Shown: positions 50,571-63,611 of the stretch, one piece after another
Numbering within the stretch: position 1 is the stretch's first letter
Layout: every line of letters begins with the position of its first letter
Source of the DNA: Hydrolagus colliei
Lineage: Eukaryota
NCBI GenBank assembly: GCA_035084275.1
Contig: CM068743.1
Span: 74,400,001-74,464,000, forward strand
Direction of reading: 5' to 3'
Length of the DNA: 64,000 nt
Position numbers and translations under genes: made by a program
The notes under the pieces: model-generated
What the model saw: only the letters and a program-made list of their open reading frames with translations
The model's database searches: none
What the model was told of the DNA's origin: nothing

Positions 50571-51589
50571 GTTAGCAGTGTTGTAAGTTTACCCTGTAAA
50601 TAAATGTTTGTACTTGCTTTCTTTTATTGAATGCACTTTATTTTCAATATTCCGAGCAAGAGGGCTGGCATTTTAAACAGAATCTTTAACTGAGAATGGT
50701 TTTCTTCAGACCATTAAAATATTCCTTAAATTTAATGTTCTGTGTTGTTTTTCTCTCTGGGCTTACGAAAGGCTTCTACTTGTCTCCAGTTTGGTCTTGT
50801 ATCTAAGCAGCTAAATGTGAGTTTTGAAAACCCACTCCTCCACTTGCTCCTCGACTTCCTTTGAAACCCAAGCGTCATTGCTGCTTGTTGTGCGTGTTAT
50901 TCAGTGTTTTGTTTTATTCGCTGCTCTGACTGCCAGAGAAAGTAAAGTTTCGGAGGAAAGGGTAGAAGAAAAATGTGTCGTGCATTACAAATGCTACCTT
51001 GTGCTTTTTAAATTGTATTTATTTTCTCTCCAGTTCAGGAGGAAAGTAAAAAGCCCCCCTCTCTCTTTAGCCTTTGCTCGCACATATAGTTGCCCATCTC
51101 AGAATGCAGGGCAGATTTTCTTGCTGCTTTGCAATCGACTGTTGGAACAACCCATGGTGACATGCATACCAATTTCTCCCTCTCTTTGGGCGCAGTGCCT
51201 GACCTCTGCTTATACCTCCTTTCACAGACAGGCCAAGATGAAGAGCTCGTCACATAGGAAATAGCTGCTGCAAACCCAAATTACATTACCGTCCAGAATA
51301 CCTTACTTCTAAATATGCTGCTGACTACTTGAGTTAGATTTCAGCTTGGCCCATTCTCTAGTACTCGTGTGTTTGGGTCAAGTGTTTCATGCTTGCATTT
51401 GATATAATGCCTAGTACGACAACACGTAGAATCATAGAATCTTACGGCACAAAAGGAGGCCATTTGGCCCATTGAAAAGAGCAATTCAATCCCACACACC
51501 AGCTCTCTCCCCATAACCGCGCAAACCCGTCCTTTAGAGTGTTTCCTGTTAAGTGCAATGACTGTGAATTTCAAATTAGTTTTCCACAC

Positions 51590-51785
51590 TTATTGGCCAG
51601 AACGCTGGGCGAGACTGCCTTCTCTTTTCAGATAGGACTTCAGTTTAACGTCTGAATGCAGAGTTCACTCACCCCCTGTGTTGGAGTGTCAGCCTAGACT
51701 ATGATTTTAGAGTCCTGCTGTAGGGCTTGAACTGACAACTTTCTGACTCAGAGGTGAGAGTGCGGCTGCCTGAGCCAGACTGAAA
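51590..51785 (-). mobile_element. Old Deu-domain SINE fragment, antisense
   Basis: ttggagtgtcagcctaga..., acaactttctgactcagaggtgagagtg. Confidence 0.65.
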
Positions 51786-52199
51786 CCTGCACTTTATAAA
51801 CTATTACTGCACTGCAGGTGTTGCAATCATTCCAGATAGATTTTGAACTGTGTTCCTGGCTGTCTGTGGAGGTGAATGTGGAAGTTCCTGTCACCCTATT
51901 TGACACAGCGGTTTCTCTGGTTGTTCTGGCCAACAATCCTCTGGATGAATTCATCGTATGTCTCATGGTTACCGTGGGAGCTTGTTGTCATTCAGCTGCA
52001 AACAGCCACTTGACACCACTTATCTGTGGAGAGTTTTCAGGGACAACAATGTGATACAATACCACAAAAATATAAGTCCTTTCTTTCCACATTGACCTCT
52101 CTATTTGTTTGCAGTTTCTCTGTGCCATATTCATGTGCCAATTGACTTCCCTGTCATGCTCCGCTCTACCTCTGTGACCTCTTAAAACCCGACCTAGCC

Positions 52200-52580
52200 T
52201 CTCCTCTCCCTCTGCTCTGTGAGCATTGGTCTGTTCCATGTCCTCCACCCTGCCCACTTCATCATTGCCGGTTGGGCCTTTAGACTTTCTGCACCACCCT
52301 CTGGGCCCCTCCACCTTGCCACCTTCATTGCCTCCTTCAAAGTCTACCTCAAGACCTTCCTCTTCAACCATGCCTTTGGTCATCTTCCTGTCCTGTCCTT
52401 CCTCTGAGATGCCGCCTGGCATGGAGGGCGCTATATAAATCAAAGTTGTTGTTGTTGCCCTTCACCCCCTTGCTTTCCACCACTCCAGCCCACAGCTTGG
52501 GTGCAAACCCCTGACTGTCGAGCACCTTGAGACGTCCTCCTGACGTGAAAGTCACCATATAAGTGCTATTTATTGTTATT
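52200..52580 (+). mobile_element. Two tandem L2 3' fragments (type B then type A)
   Basis: FKVYLKTFLFNHAFGHL; two successive tails. Confidence 0.75.
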
Positions 52581-52666
52581 CTGTGCCTTACCCTTCTTTC
52601 TCTTGTCCCTTGTTTGTGATGACTTGACAGCTAAGATCTCCTGTCTTAACATTTCTCATTCAACAG

Positions 52667-52828
52667 ATCCTTGAAAGCTTGGCTAAGAATGACGAGCAGT
52701 TTGTGGAGAACTGTGGCCGGCTGAGTTGTCTGAGCGAAGCAATGCCTCCTGAACTTCACTCAAAATTCAGCCGCATGTGCAGCGAAAAGCTCGAACGTAT
52801 TATCCGAAGGATCACCAACTACAAGAAG
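52667..52828 (+). CDS. PREX2: PREX2 exon (~23): ILESLAKNDEQFVENCGRLSCLSEAMPPELHSKFSRMCSEKLERIIRRITNYKK
   Basis: tcaacag|ATC ... GAAG|gtaagt; 162 nt. Confidence 0.94.
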
Positions 52829-55256
52829 GTAAGTAATTCCAGCCGCAGATCTTGTTAAAGCAAAGCTGTTAAAAATTCAAGGTAACCAACTTCCCAATGA
52901 ATACCATGAACTATTGCGGGCTGAATCTTGTTAATCTGACCAAAACCACTGAGCAACAGGCAGTGTGCCAATATTAAAGCCTGTGAAGGTACGTGACTCT
53001 AGGAAGCATCTCTGACAAAATGAAAACTCTAAACATGTGTTACATGGCTTCTGCTGATGATACAACAGTCACCTCTTTCCAGACCTCACTGCTTGCTTCA
53101 GTTTGTCTCCTGACATTTTGAGAGGAATGGGCGCAGATTACCTCATAAAAATCAGACCAGGTGCCTGGTCTCAAATGGACAAGAACAAGTCCATATGCGG
53201 GTGGGGTAAATATATTGTGTGTATTCACAGAGAAATGCTGGTATCCAGAAACATTATTTTGTTTTTTAAAGGCCAATTACAAGACACTGAATCTTAGTAG
53301 GGTCTGGAAACAATAATGGAGAGTTTGTTTGAAAGTTTGGTGCAAAAATATATTTATAGCAGACTTCTTTATAAACAAAGTGATTTTTTGAGAACAAAAC
53401 CTAACATTTTGATAAAGAGTGGGACATATTTTATCCCGAACTTAATTCTTTGGGGATTTTTTAACTTTAAAGATAACTTAGCTCTTCCACCAAGTGCAGC
53501 TTACTTCATATTTGCAAAGCAACAGCACAAATGTTTTCTTTTACGTTTCATTTCTGAAATGAAACTGACTGGTACGCTGCCTTCTGAGAAGTTCCTAACC
53601 AAAAACGAGCGGTGAGGTTTTAGTTTAACCTCCGTTAAATTTGCTGGATTTGTGCTAATTTCAGTTTGACCAAATGTGCAAGGTAAATGAATATTAAATG
53701 AGGTTCCATTGCATGTGTCTGCAAGGAATTAATTAGTCTTCTTTAGGTAAGAGCCATTTGCAAGGATTATAGGATTACCATTTAATGCTTGATGCAGCAG
53801 AAACTTGGTGCCACAGTATAACCACAACGTGTGGCAGAAATTCCATCCGGGACCGGATTTATTTTATTTGTGTACTCTTTCAGAATTTGGCAAATTATTA
53901 AATACAGACTTAATTTTGAAACTGACTTTTTATTTGTAAGTTCTTTTAAGAATTGCTTTATGTTACTTTGTTGAGAACTGTGAACTGCAATGTGTTATTA
54001 ATCACCTAGCATGCTGATTCACACTCACATTGTAATAAGACACTTTCTGCCAAATTAACCCATCGAATGAAGCCTGGATGTGCTGGAGAAAGATTTGCCC
54101 CCTCCTTCTCCCCACTCCTGCCTCCCCAACACACGCGTATACTTTGTTCCTAATCTGTATCAGGAAGCTGACAGGTCATGCAATGGACATGCTTATTGGA
54201 CTATGAATGAAATATTGATTTTACTCTGATTTATTTTGTTTTATTAGCCTGATATTCAGCGATCAAGCTCCTAATGGGATGATCCATGTGCCGGATGTTA
54301 GGCAGGTTACTTGCTGTAACCATTGAGAAAGGTGTTGAGGGTTGAGATAACAGATGATGTGTTAATTATCATAAGGATACTAATTTCAGTCTTAAATAGC
54401 ACTGTGGGTGTTGATTAACACAATACACATCATAATTTTTATCTTGGCCTACATGCTAGTGTGCCTGTGAAGTTTTTTAATGCACCTACTTTTGTTTTCT
54501 CCCTTTGAGTTTTTCTTTACGATGATTCCCATTTTCCCCATTCCTCCTGAATACTGTTGGATTTGGGGAGGAGGGACCTTCATTGCCTTAGACAATGGAC
54601 CATCTTCCCTATGTGAGTGAGCACAATGAGCGTGCAAACACCATCTAACCACTAGTTAGATAATCATCCTCATTAAATAATATTCTTACATATTGTACAA
54701 TTCAAAGGCTTTTTAGGTATAGCTCAGGAAAGCCAACATTGGCTGCTTTCTCCCATCACTAGGTTAGGAAAATTGAAGTCTCGCTTCTCCATTCCTCCAG
54801 CTCAGCTCAACTGACAGCTCAGACCAGACTGTTCTTTATTGTCTGATTGTATACGATTCTGTGCAGTATGTATGTGGAACTCTCTGCCTGATGCGATAAT
54901 TGAATCAGATAGGAAACATATAAGGGAGAGGGCAATAGAAGAGTAAGCAGTGGCTGGAGCTCATATGCAAGATAAACACAAATACAGACTAGATGGGCCA
55001 AATGGTGTGTTTCAGTGCGATATCAATTCAATGTAAATCAATGAATGGCTCAACACAAATCATGTATTTTTGTTGTTGTTGTATTTCCCTAACGAGCATC
55101 TTGGAGGAATCTGATGTTTCCATGTTTTTATTGCAAATTGTGGTATAATAATAATAATAATAAATTGAGGCATAGATGTGAGTATAGCTTTTAACCATGA
55201 TATTGCCAAGTATAAATTTTTGCCTCTTTTTATTAATTTTGTATTTTATGGTTTAG

Positions 55257-55479
55257 TTTTCACGAGTTCTGAAAAACCGTGCCTGGCCCACTTTCAAGCA
55301 AGCAAAGTCTAAGATTCCTCCACTGCACAGCAGTGATTTCTGCCCGACCAATTGCCACATAAATGTGATGGAGGTGTCTTATCCGAAAAATGCTGCCTCA
55401 CTGGGCAGTGCATTTGGTGTGCAACTGGACAGCAGGAAACAATCCACCAGTGACATTGACAGCAAGAACCAGGACCAAG
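55257..55479 (+). CDS. PREX2: PREX2 exon (~24): [74 protein letters not shown]
   Basis: ggtttag|TTT ... CAAG|gtaagg; 223 nt. Confidence 0.95.
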
Positions 55480-56838
55480 GTAAGGCTTTGACTCAGTCTG
55501 TCCAACATGGAGAGACCTGGAGAACCTATGTGCACATTTGAACTGCAACATCCAAACACACAAGTGGATGCGCAAGCTGTGTGATCACTGCTTACTCAGC
55601 CTTTAACAAGAAATGTTGTGGCAAATAAGCTTCTGAAGTAAAATTGTTTTGGGATAAGTGGTTGGCTTGGAGTGAAGGGGCTGGAGGAGAGGGACTGAGT
55701 GGGAGGGGCTGGGAGTGAAGAGGCTGAGGGGTGGGGGGGGGGCGGGGGTGAAGAGGTGGGGCGGGGCTGGGAGAGGAGCTGGAGGAAGTGACTCCATTCT
55801 CAGGAACTTTCAGTGCAAAATGTGCCTCTTGACCACATTCTCTTAAATGCCCTTGTCTGATTGCACAAGGATGCATGGTTCCCTGATCATATCAAACCTT
55901 GCCCAAAGCAATGCTGTATCCGTGAAAATCACTCGCATCTGTTTCTTGTACTTGAATGGAGGAATAGATTTGAAGGTTTTAATAGAATGTTACGGCACAG
56001 AAACAGCACATTTGGCCCAATCAGTCTGTGCTGGCATTTATACTCTACATGAATCTCTGCCCACTCCTTATTCCCTCTCTTACTCACCTATTCCTTTCTC
56101 CCTCAGGAGCCAGTAAACAACTACTGACTCCCAATAAAAGGTGAACCTGAGAACTCATTCTTTATTTCTAACTCGTAATTGCATATGAATGGTCTCTTAG
56201 TTCTACCTAGAGAGATAAAAACTCTGCAATAATATCAGACACTGGTTTCCGTCCCAACACCCACTCCCCCCCCCCCCCCCCCCCCACTCCCCCACCATGA
56301 CAAAAAAAATTTAAACTCTGCAAGTTTGTTCAGTGACTGAAATTGTACTTGTATTTGACAGATATTCAATGCAAACACTATTATTAAAGTACCATTTGAC
56401 AAATGTTAAATTGATTTGCTGCAAAACATATTCTCAATGTATCTCCTGATGCTGTTATTTGCCTAGAAAATGCGCAGTCACTGAACTTTACAGTAAATCG
56501 TATGAAGCGCTTTGAGACATCTTCTTGATGGGAAAGGTGCAAAATCTAATGAAGAATGAATTGCTGTGCAGTATTATTGTTATTGCAGGAAGCTCTGGAT
56601 AACTTGTCACTTCAAGGGTAAAAGGCTCAGTGACAAGCTATCTGACGTGACATGTTAGGCATTTATCTAAATATACAAATAAATGGGTTAGGGATATTAA
56701 TAATCATATTACTGACAGCATGAGTGGTAGTGAGAAGATTAAGTGGCTAAGCCAGGGTTGAGTTATCAGGAGTGTACTGTATTATACAAATAATAAGCAA
56801 CTGAGAGGTCCTAGGTTTGATTCCCGGGAGGGGGGGAA

Positions 56839-57472
56839 ACAACAACAACTTGGATTATATCGCGCCTTCTATGCCGCGCGGCATCCCAAAATACGTAAAA
56901 TTGGTGGTGCCCGAGGGCCAAGCCAGGGGGAAGGGGAAAGTGACCATTGGCATGGTCGAAGAAGAAGTTTTTCAAGCACGACCTGAAAATGTAGAAAGAG
57001 GGGGGCAATGCGGGAGCTGGAGGATTGACGGAGGAATTGAGGGAGGAATTTTCACAGCTTCTAGATGTAGTGGCTGATGGCATGATCGCCGATGGTGGAG
57101 TGGAGGATTTGAGGGACAACGAGGAAGCCAGAGTCTGCTGTGAGAAGAGATGAGGTTGGAGAGATTGGGGCATGCCAAGGCATGCAGGATTTAAACACAA
57201 GAGTGAGGATCTTGAAATCGATCCACTCTGTGACAGGGAGCCAGTGGAGTTTGGCAAGGACTGGGGTAATCAAGGTTTGTGGTTAGTGTGAATGAGAATG
57301 CAGGCAGCAGAGTTTTGGATGTTTTTGAATTGTGTGTATAGTGGAGGAGGGGAGACTGGCGAAGAATGCCCTTGAGTACTCCAGCTAAGAGGTGACAAAG
57401 GCCTAGATAAGGATTTCGGCAGCTTGTGGGGTGAGGTATTGTCGTTGACGGGCAATGTGGTGGAGGAAATGC
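56839..57472 (-). mobile_element. L2 LINE 3' fragment
   Basis: ITPVLAKLHWLPVTEWIDFKILTLVFK motif; (CAA)n tail. Confidence 0.85.
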
Positions 57473-57473
57473 A

Positions 57474-57876
57474 GGGCAAGTTTCCTTTCTGCACACACAC
57501 CTCTGTTTACCCAGCAAGTAAATCTGAATCTGGTTGTTAGCCTGAAACAAAAACAGAAATTGCTAAGCACACTCATCAGGTCAAGTAGCATCTATGGAGA
57601 AAGGAAAGTGAGTCAACGTTTGGGGTCCATGACCTTTCGTCAGAATGATTGATAGTTGATTGGCAGATCGCTTTTCCGGAGGTTAATACGCACTTAAAAA
57701 ATATATATATTTTGTCATTCATCCACAACTATGGAACACTGCTGTGCACAATTGGCTGCTGCATTTTGCCCACAAAATATACAGGCAATTCACTTTATAG
57801 TGTATTCTGTGAGGTGCTTTGAGACATCTCAATACCGTCATAAGGCGCTCCATGAAATGCAAGAATTATTATTATT
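57474..57876 (+). mobile_element. Long-variant SINE (head lost) with a nested Penelope-like fragment; its tail abuts the exon acceptor
   Basis: gggcaagtttcctt body through to gcaagaattattattatt. Confidence 0.8.
57542..57645 (-). mobile_element. Second Penelope-like fragment, hammerhead core mutated (GAAA to CAAA)
   Basis: Reverse complement ttctgacgaaaggtcatggaccccaaacgttgactc...ttctgtttttgtttcag; same extent as the 18541 copy. Confidence 0.7.
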
Positions 57877-57882
57877 CCACAG

Positions 57883-58090
57883 ACAAATTGGACCCAGTGG
57901 TGTATATCCAGCACTGCATCACCACCATGGCAGCTCCATCTGGACACAGCTTGGGGCAGCAGGATGGCCACGGACTTCGCTTCCTCCTGAAGGAAGAGGA
58001 CATGGAGACTCAGGATTCATATCAGAAGCTACTCAACAAACTACAGACAGTTGTAAAGGAATTGGAAACTTACATCTCACAGATTGACGA
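57883..58090 (+). CDS. PREX2: PREX2 exon (~25): (D)[68 protein letters not shown]
   Basis: tccacag|ACAAA ... GACGA|gtgagt; 208 nt. Confidence 0.95.
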
Positions 58091-58849
58091 GTGAGTAAAC
58101 TTTAAGGTTTTAATTGAATTCGAATTATGGTAATAATAAGCTTTACATTTGATATAGTGAAATTTATGCTGGGAGGATGGCTCAAAGTGGATTCACTTCA
58201 CTAGGACTAATGTAAATGTAGTGACTGTGTATGTGAGTTGGTTAAGGCATCGAGCATCTGGTTATATGGCTTTGCTTGGGGAAATTTCCTTACTGCACAC
58301 GCCTGATAATGATCCCTCCAAAAAAAAAAAAAAAAAATTGGTACTCTCAATCCATGACTGTCTGTGTGCAAAATGGCTGCCGCGTTTCACTCACACATAT
58401 ATAGTCAATTCACTTTTCCGTATATTCTGTGGATCTTAAAATTTGTGCTAGGCTGGTTAGAGGTGAATTCCAGAGAATTGTGGGCAAAGTGTCTGTAAGT
58501 TCATCTGCTATCAGTGAGGCTGAGCAGGTCACAGTTGGTAGAGCAGAGGGAATATCTGGGTAAATGGGTCACAGCAGATGGAAGCAGTAAGATGGGGCAA
58601 GACCATGGAAGCATTTGATGGTAAGAGTGAGGATCTTAAAGTTGTCTACTGGAGATAGGGAGCCAGTGGAGCTGGGCTAAGATGGTAGAAATTAGTTGTG
58701 GTTTAATGTCTGACAGACAGTGTGTGGGAGCATCAGTAAAGATGCGTTTTGTTGGTGTAAATATGGAAATGGACCTCATGTCTGCATAGGATATTTATCA
58801 ACTGGGGAAGCATGTAGATGAGGAAAAGGAGAGAGCAGAAGATGGAACC

Positions 58850-60000
58850 CTGGTGGTCACTGCACTTAACCTCACCAAGCCTAAGTGTCTTGTTCGATGT
58901 TCAACTCTTTTTCCTCTCCCACATCCAAGCCATGAGACACTGCCATCCCTCACCTCTGCAACATTGCCTAACTCAGCCACAGCCATTACCTCAGCTCTCA
59001 GGCTACTGAAACTCTCACAATGCCTTCTTCATGTCTAGGCTCGATTACGCCAATATCCTGCTTGTTGGCCTTCCACCTCCTCTCTCCATAGGCTGTAGAT
59101 CATCCAGAATCCTGCAGCCTGTGTCCTCTACTGTAGCAAGCTCCGCAACTCCATTACCCCATTCTCACCTGACTCCGTTGGCTCCCTATCACCCAGAGGT
59201 TTCAATTCAAGATCCCGGTCCTCACCTTTAAACAACAACAACAAAATTGCACTTATATAGAGCCTTGAAGGAGGAAAGGAGAAGTGAGGCGGAGGGGCTG
59301 CGGGATGGAGTTCCAAAGTGTGGGAGCAGAGAGGCTGAATCCCAGCCGCCGATGACTGGGCGGTTAGGGCAGTGGATGTGGAGCAGGCCTGGGTCCGCTG
59401 AACAGAGGTGCGGGCAGGCTGATAGGGAGACAGTAGATCAGAGAGATTGGTGGGGGCAAGGCTGTGAATGGCCTTGAAAGTGAGGACAAGGATCTTGAAT
59501 TCGATCCTCTGGGTGACGGGGAGCCAGTGGAGATGGGCAAGGGTGGGAATGATGTGGTCGCGAAGCCTGGTACGGGAGAGTACACGAGCTGCAGAGTTCT
59601 GAATGAAAGCCCTCCAAGGCCTTGCCCTATTCTACCTCTGGGATCTCCTAACCCTCTATCAACCTGCCCGCTTTCTCTGCTCAGTGGGCTTCGGCCTGCT
59701 CCACATCCCCTGGCTTGCCCACCCCACCATTGGCAGACAAGTCTTTAGCCACTCTGTCTCCAACCTCTGGAATTCCATCCCGTAATCCCTTTGCTTCGCC
59801 CCTCCCTCCTTCAAGACACTCCTCAAGACCCTCCTCTTCGACGGTCCCATTGGTCACCCCATCTCCCTTCCTTTCCCTCTACCCTCCCTGATCCTGATCC
59901 CAACCCCAGCTCGAGTCTGAAAACACTGACTGTCCAGTATCTTGGGACATCCTCCCGACATGAAAGGCATTCAACAAGTGTAATTTTGTTGTTGTTGTTG
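58850..60000. mobile_element. L2 (+) interrupted by an antisense L2 (~59232-59601)
   Basis: SRLDYANILLVGLP; ctcacctttaaa|...|aaagccctcca resumes after the insert. Confidence 0.85.
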
Positions 60001-62215
60001 TAAGGGGGGAAGAGAGAAGTCATCAGAGACGATGTAGTGATGGAACTTGGACAGGTAGGAGTTTGCGGGATGGGAGCGAGGTCAGAGGGAGAGGAAGGAG
60101 CGAAGTTGATTGAAGTGAGTGTATAACTAAGTTAATTTGTCCAAAGTCCTGGCCTACACATTGCACTATGCCTGTAGAAGCTTGGGATATCTTATCAGAA
60201 ACATCCAGCTGAATTTTTCGTGGTAAGTGTAATTGTTGCAAGCTGGGCAATTCGGCTGGATGCCTTAGTCAGCGTCCCAGCCAGGCTGTACCTGTAGAGC
60301 CTGGGAACCCTTACCAGCAAGACACTGCCAGATGTGAAACAGCCCCGTTTAACAGTTCACAGGTAGAAGAGTGAAGAGCTGGAACAAATACAGAGCAGGA
60401 GCCTCCAAACAGACAATTACTGTTTTGATCAAAGTGAACTAGCTGAATTTAAACGGATGGCAATGGGACAGAATCTGTGTGAATCGATTGTGATTCTAAA
60501 TGGAGCTATTTGGTGCTACAGCCAAATAAGTTGAGTGTGTGTTTTGTGTGTGTCTGTTTGTGCGTGTGTGTATTATACAGTCTGAAATTGAAGGTGGGAT
60601 AGTGGTAGTCTCTTTCAAGTATTGCAGTAGCAGAGAATGAGTATTGGGTGCCTGGATAGTAGGGATGCTTATTCTCATCTTCTCAGAATACACATTTTTC
60701 TTGTCAAATATACTGTAGTTATACTACTTCCTTTCCTCAGAGTCTAACCCCGCCACTGTGCAGCTCTCTGATGCGCTATCCTCCTTATGTAACGTGAAGG
60801 CTGTTACATAAATGCTTGTTGCTGTTTGTTGTGTTCAGGCTTGTCCGATTAGGTTTTTGTTTTTAATTTCACAGGATGATATTAATATTTATTTTACCTT
60901 GATTTGTTTCATTTTTTTTAGTATTGACTACAGGGAGCTGACATTAGTGGCACATTCCATGCATGTGCAGTGAACGACAAGCATTATTATTAGCATTATT
61001 ATTACAACAACAAAATTACATTTATAGAGCGCTTTCATGTCAGGAGGACGTCCCAAGTCCCAATAATTACTTATTATTAAGTTGGCCTTTTTTATTTCTG
61101 CAGTTTAGAGCAATAAAGTATGTGTGGTGGGGAAAAAGTGTTCGACGAAGGGAATTTTGCCCAAAATATAGTCAATTAATTTTACATGGTATTTGGCGAA
61201 GCACTTTGAGACATCTGGAAGATGTGAAAAGGGTTATATCAAATGCAAGGATCATTATACTTATTATTACCAATTTCTCTCAATTTAGAGAAAATGAGAA
61301 TAGTGATTAACATTAGAAATCGGCGAGTGTAAATACACTGTGTTGCAGAAATGTTTCCCCTTTGCAAAGACCATAAAACTGAAGGTCTTTACCAATAGTC
61401 AACCAATAAACCTGCCAGAATGCAGCCTCTGCGTAGTAGAAATTCTATTCTTGCTATATACAGCAATGCCATAAATTTTATTCAGGATTTACTTGCTGCA
61501 TGGTAAAGGCCTGTTGTGAAGAAGTATTGAATAGCACAGTCTGAGGGGAAAAAAAACTTGTGGTGAATCAGATATCCTTAAAAGAAAATTGCATTCTGGA
61601 AGCCATTGATAATTTGTTCTGAGAAAATTACCTTTGGAATATTTTACGAGCCTTGGAGAATCACCCCAGAAGAATTGATGTAATTTTATAAATGTGGATT
61701 ATTCCCAACCATATGTAACCCTGTGTGTAACTCAACACCATGAAAGAGAGTTAAGCGCCAAAGCATTATTGGAGAGTATGGTTACCTTCTAAATCACAAC
61801 AAAATGTTTTACCGTAGCTCCTTTTACATTGGGAGGATGTCTCAAGATGCTTCACAAGGTTTAATATCACATCTCTGTTTTGATCCCATATACCACATTT
61901 ATTAATGTAAAAAGGAATTTCATTATTGACTCAGTGACTGCGGCAAACACTTTCTCTCTCTCTCATTGCGTAAAGGTTCTCCAGCCCTTTATAAAACATG
62001 TGTGAGTGAATGGCATGCTGTAAAATGTAGAATGTCTTGCTGTTTCCAGTGGTCGAGGCAAGGTCTGTATTAACTTTCAAGAGGAAACTAGATAGATTAT
62101 AACCTGCAGTGGTGTGAGAAGGTAAATGGCCTCAAAGAATTGTTCTTTAAAAGTGCCAGCACACTGGATGGGCTGAATGGGGCCATATTTGTCCCTCTAC
62201 ATTTCTGCAGTTATA

Positions 62216-62488
62216 CAGTAAAACCTTGATAATCCAACATTCTGAAATTCGGCAACTCCCTAAAACCGGCAAGATTTCAAAATACATAAAGTATTGGATT
62301 TTTTCCGATGTCCTGCAAATCTTCCACAGTTCGGAACAGCTGCTTGTGGTCCCTGGAGTGGCCGCTCGTGGTGTATGGGGGGGAGGGGAGCTTTCTTAGA
62401 CATTTCTAGGTAGATTCTAAACACCGGAAAACTCGGAAATACTGGAGGGGAGTGGGCTCAACCGTGCCGGATTATCAAGGTTTTACTG
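62216..62488. mobile_element. Tigger/pogo-like MITE, 273 bp, same family as 40885
   Basis: Perfect 20-bp TIR CAGTAAAACCTTGATAATCC and TA TSD. Confidence 0.9.
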
Positions 62489-63202
62489 TATCATCCTATC
62501 TGACTACATAAGCTCATACACTGATGTGTACAGACTAGCACATTTTATTTCAAGGTGTTTACAAGACACATCCAAGTCCCTTTCAACAAAACACTTTTTT
62601 ACCATTTAAGAATTATTATTATTAATAATAATATATTGACCTTTGAATTCACAATCCAATCTCTCAACCTGAAGGTCAAAGTATCTTTAAGACTCTAGTG
62701 TGTGAGCATGAGGGTTAGCAATAAAGTTTAAGCTATTCCCTAAAGAATACAATGAAAGTTGCTAGGAGATACTTACCTCCTGGGTTTGTTCTTTATATTT
62801 CATGATTGAATATGTTCAATTTCACTTCTAAAATCAACTGGCATCTATTTTGACATAAGTGTAGGTTTTTTTCTTTTATCTAAAGTGGTCGGCAATCAAA
62901 GGAAACTGAGCGTTTGTCAGAACAATTACATAATCTACATTGAGCTGGTTAGATTCTTGATCGTTCATACATTTAGTGAGGTGGGAAAGGCCTTTTTTGC
63001 TTCGTTAAAATTTAAACCAAGACTGAATGTACTGCATCAACAGTATGAACACTCTAGGATCTTGCCTTTCCTGTCTGACTCGTACAGTTTAGTCCTCTGG
63101 GTAACCTGTTTCCTGTTGCGCACTACAACCCTTTCAAATAATTGAATTTGTATATATAAATGGGTCACAGGGGAGACCGAGGAAAAAACAGTACATGCTG
63201 TT

Positions 63203-63204
<2 letters not shown>

Positions 63205-63237
<33 letters not shown>
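63205..63237. repeat. (CA)n microsatellite
   Basis: Uninterrupted CA run of about 16 units. Confidence 0.95.
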
Positions 63238-63239
<2 letters not shown>

Positions 63240-63611
63240 GGATTGTGAAATGCATTTGTTGTCTTAGTGATGGTGTCTTCAACAACAGCTTTGAACAATT
63301 CCCTGTGGCTCCAGTGCTACAACACTCAGTTCCCAACACCAAATGGTACCCAGCCTTTCACCTCAGAGGAGGTTTGCCATATTTCAGGTGTACCACCAGA
63401 TGGTGCTCTATACTGCATTGGAGTTGTTCCATTTCATTGAGAGAAGATGGAGTCTGGTTGGATCTCTGCACAATGACCCTGTGATGATATGGTATTGATG
63501 CTACCAAGAAAAATCCTTTGCACTGGTTGGCAAATTGGTAACAAGTGGCAATGCAGAGTTACACAGGGGATGGTTGGAAGATTTAATTTAACATAAAGTT
63601 ATTAGAACAGA

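Noticed and set aside
54220-54275. Orthologue of the mammalian PREX2b terminal exon in intron ~23
   Set aside because: An acceptor-like ttttgttttattag is present, but it gives only PDIQRSSS-stop and no recognisable similarity.
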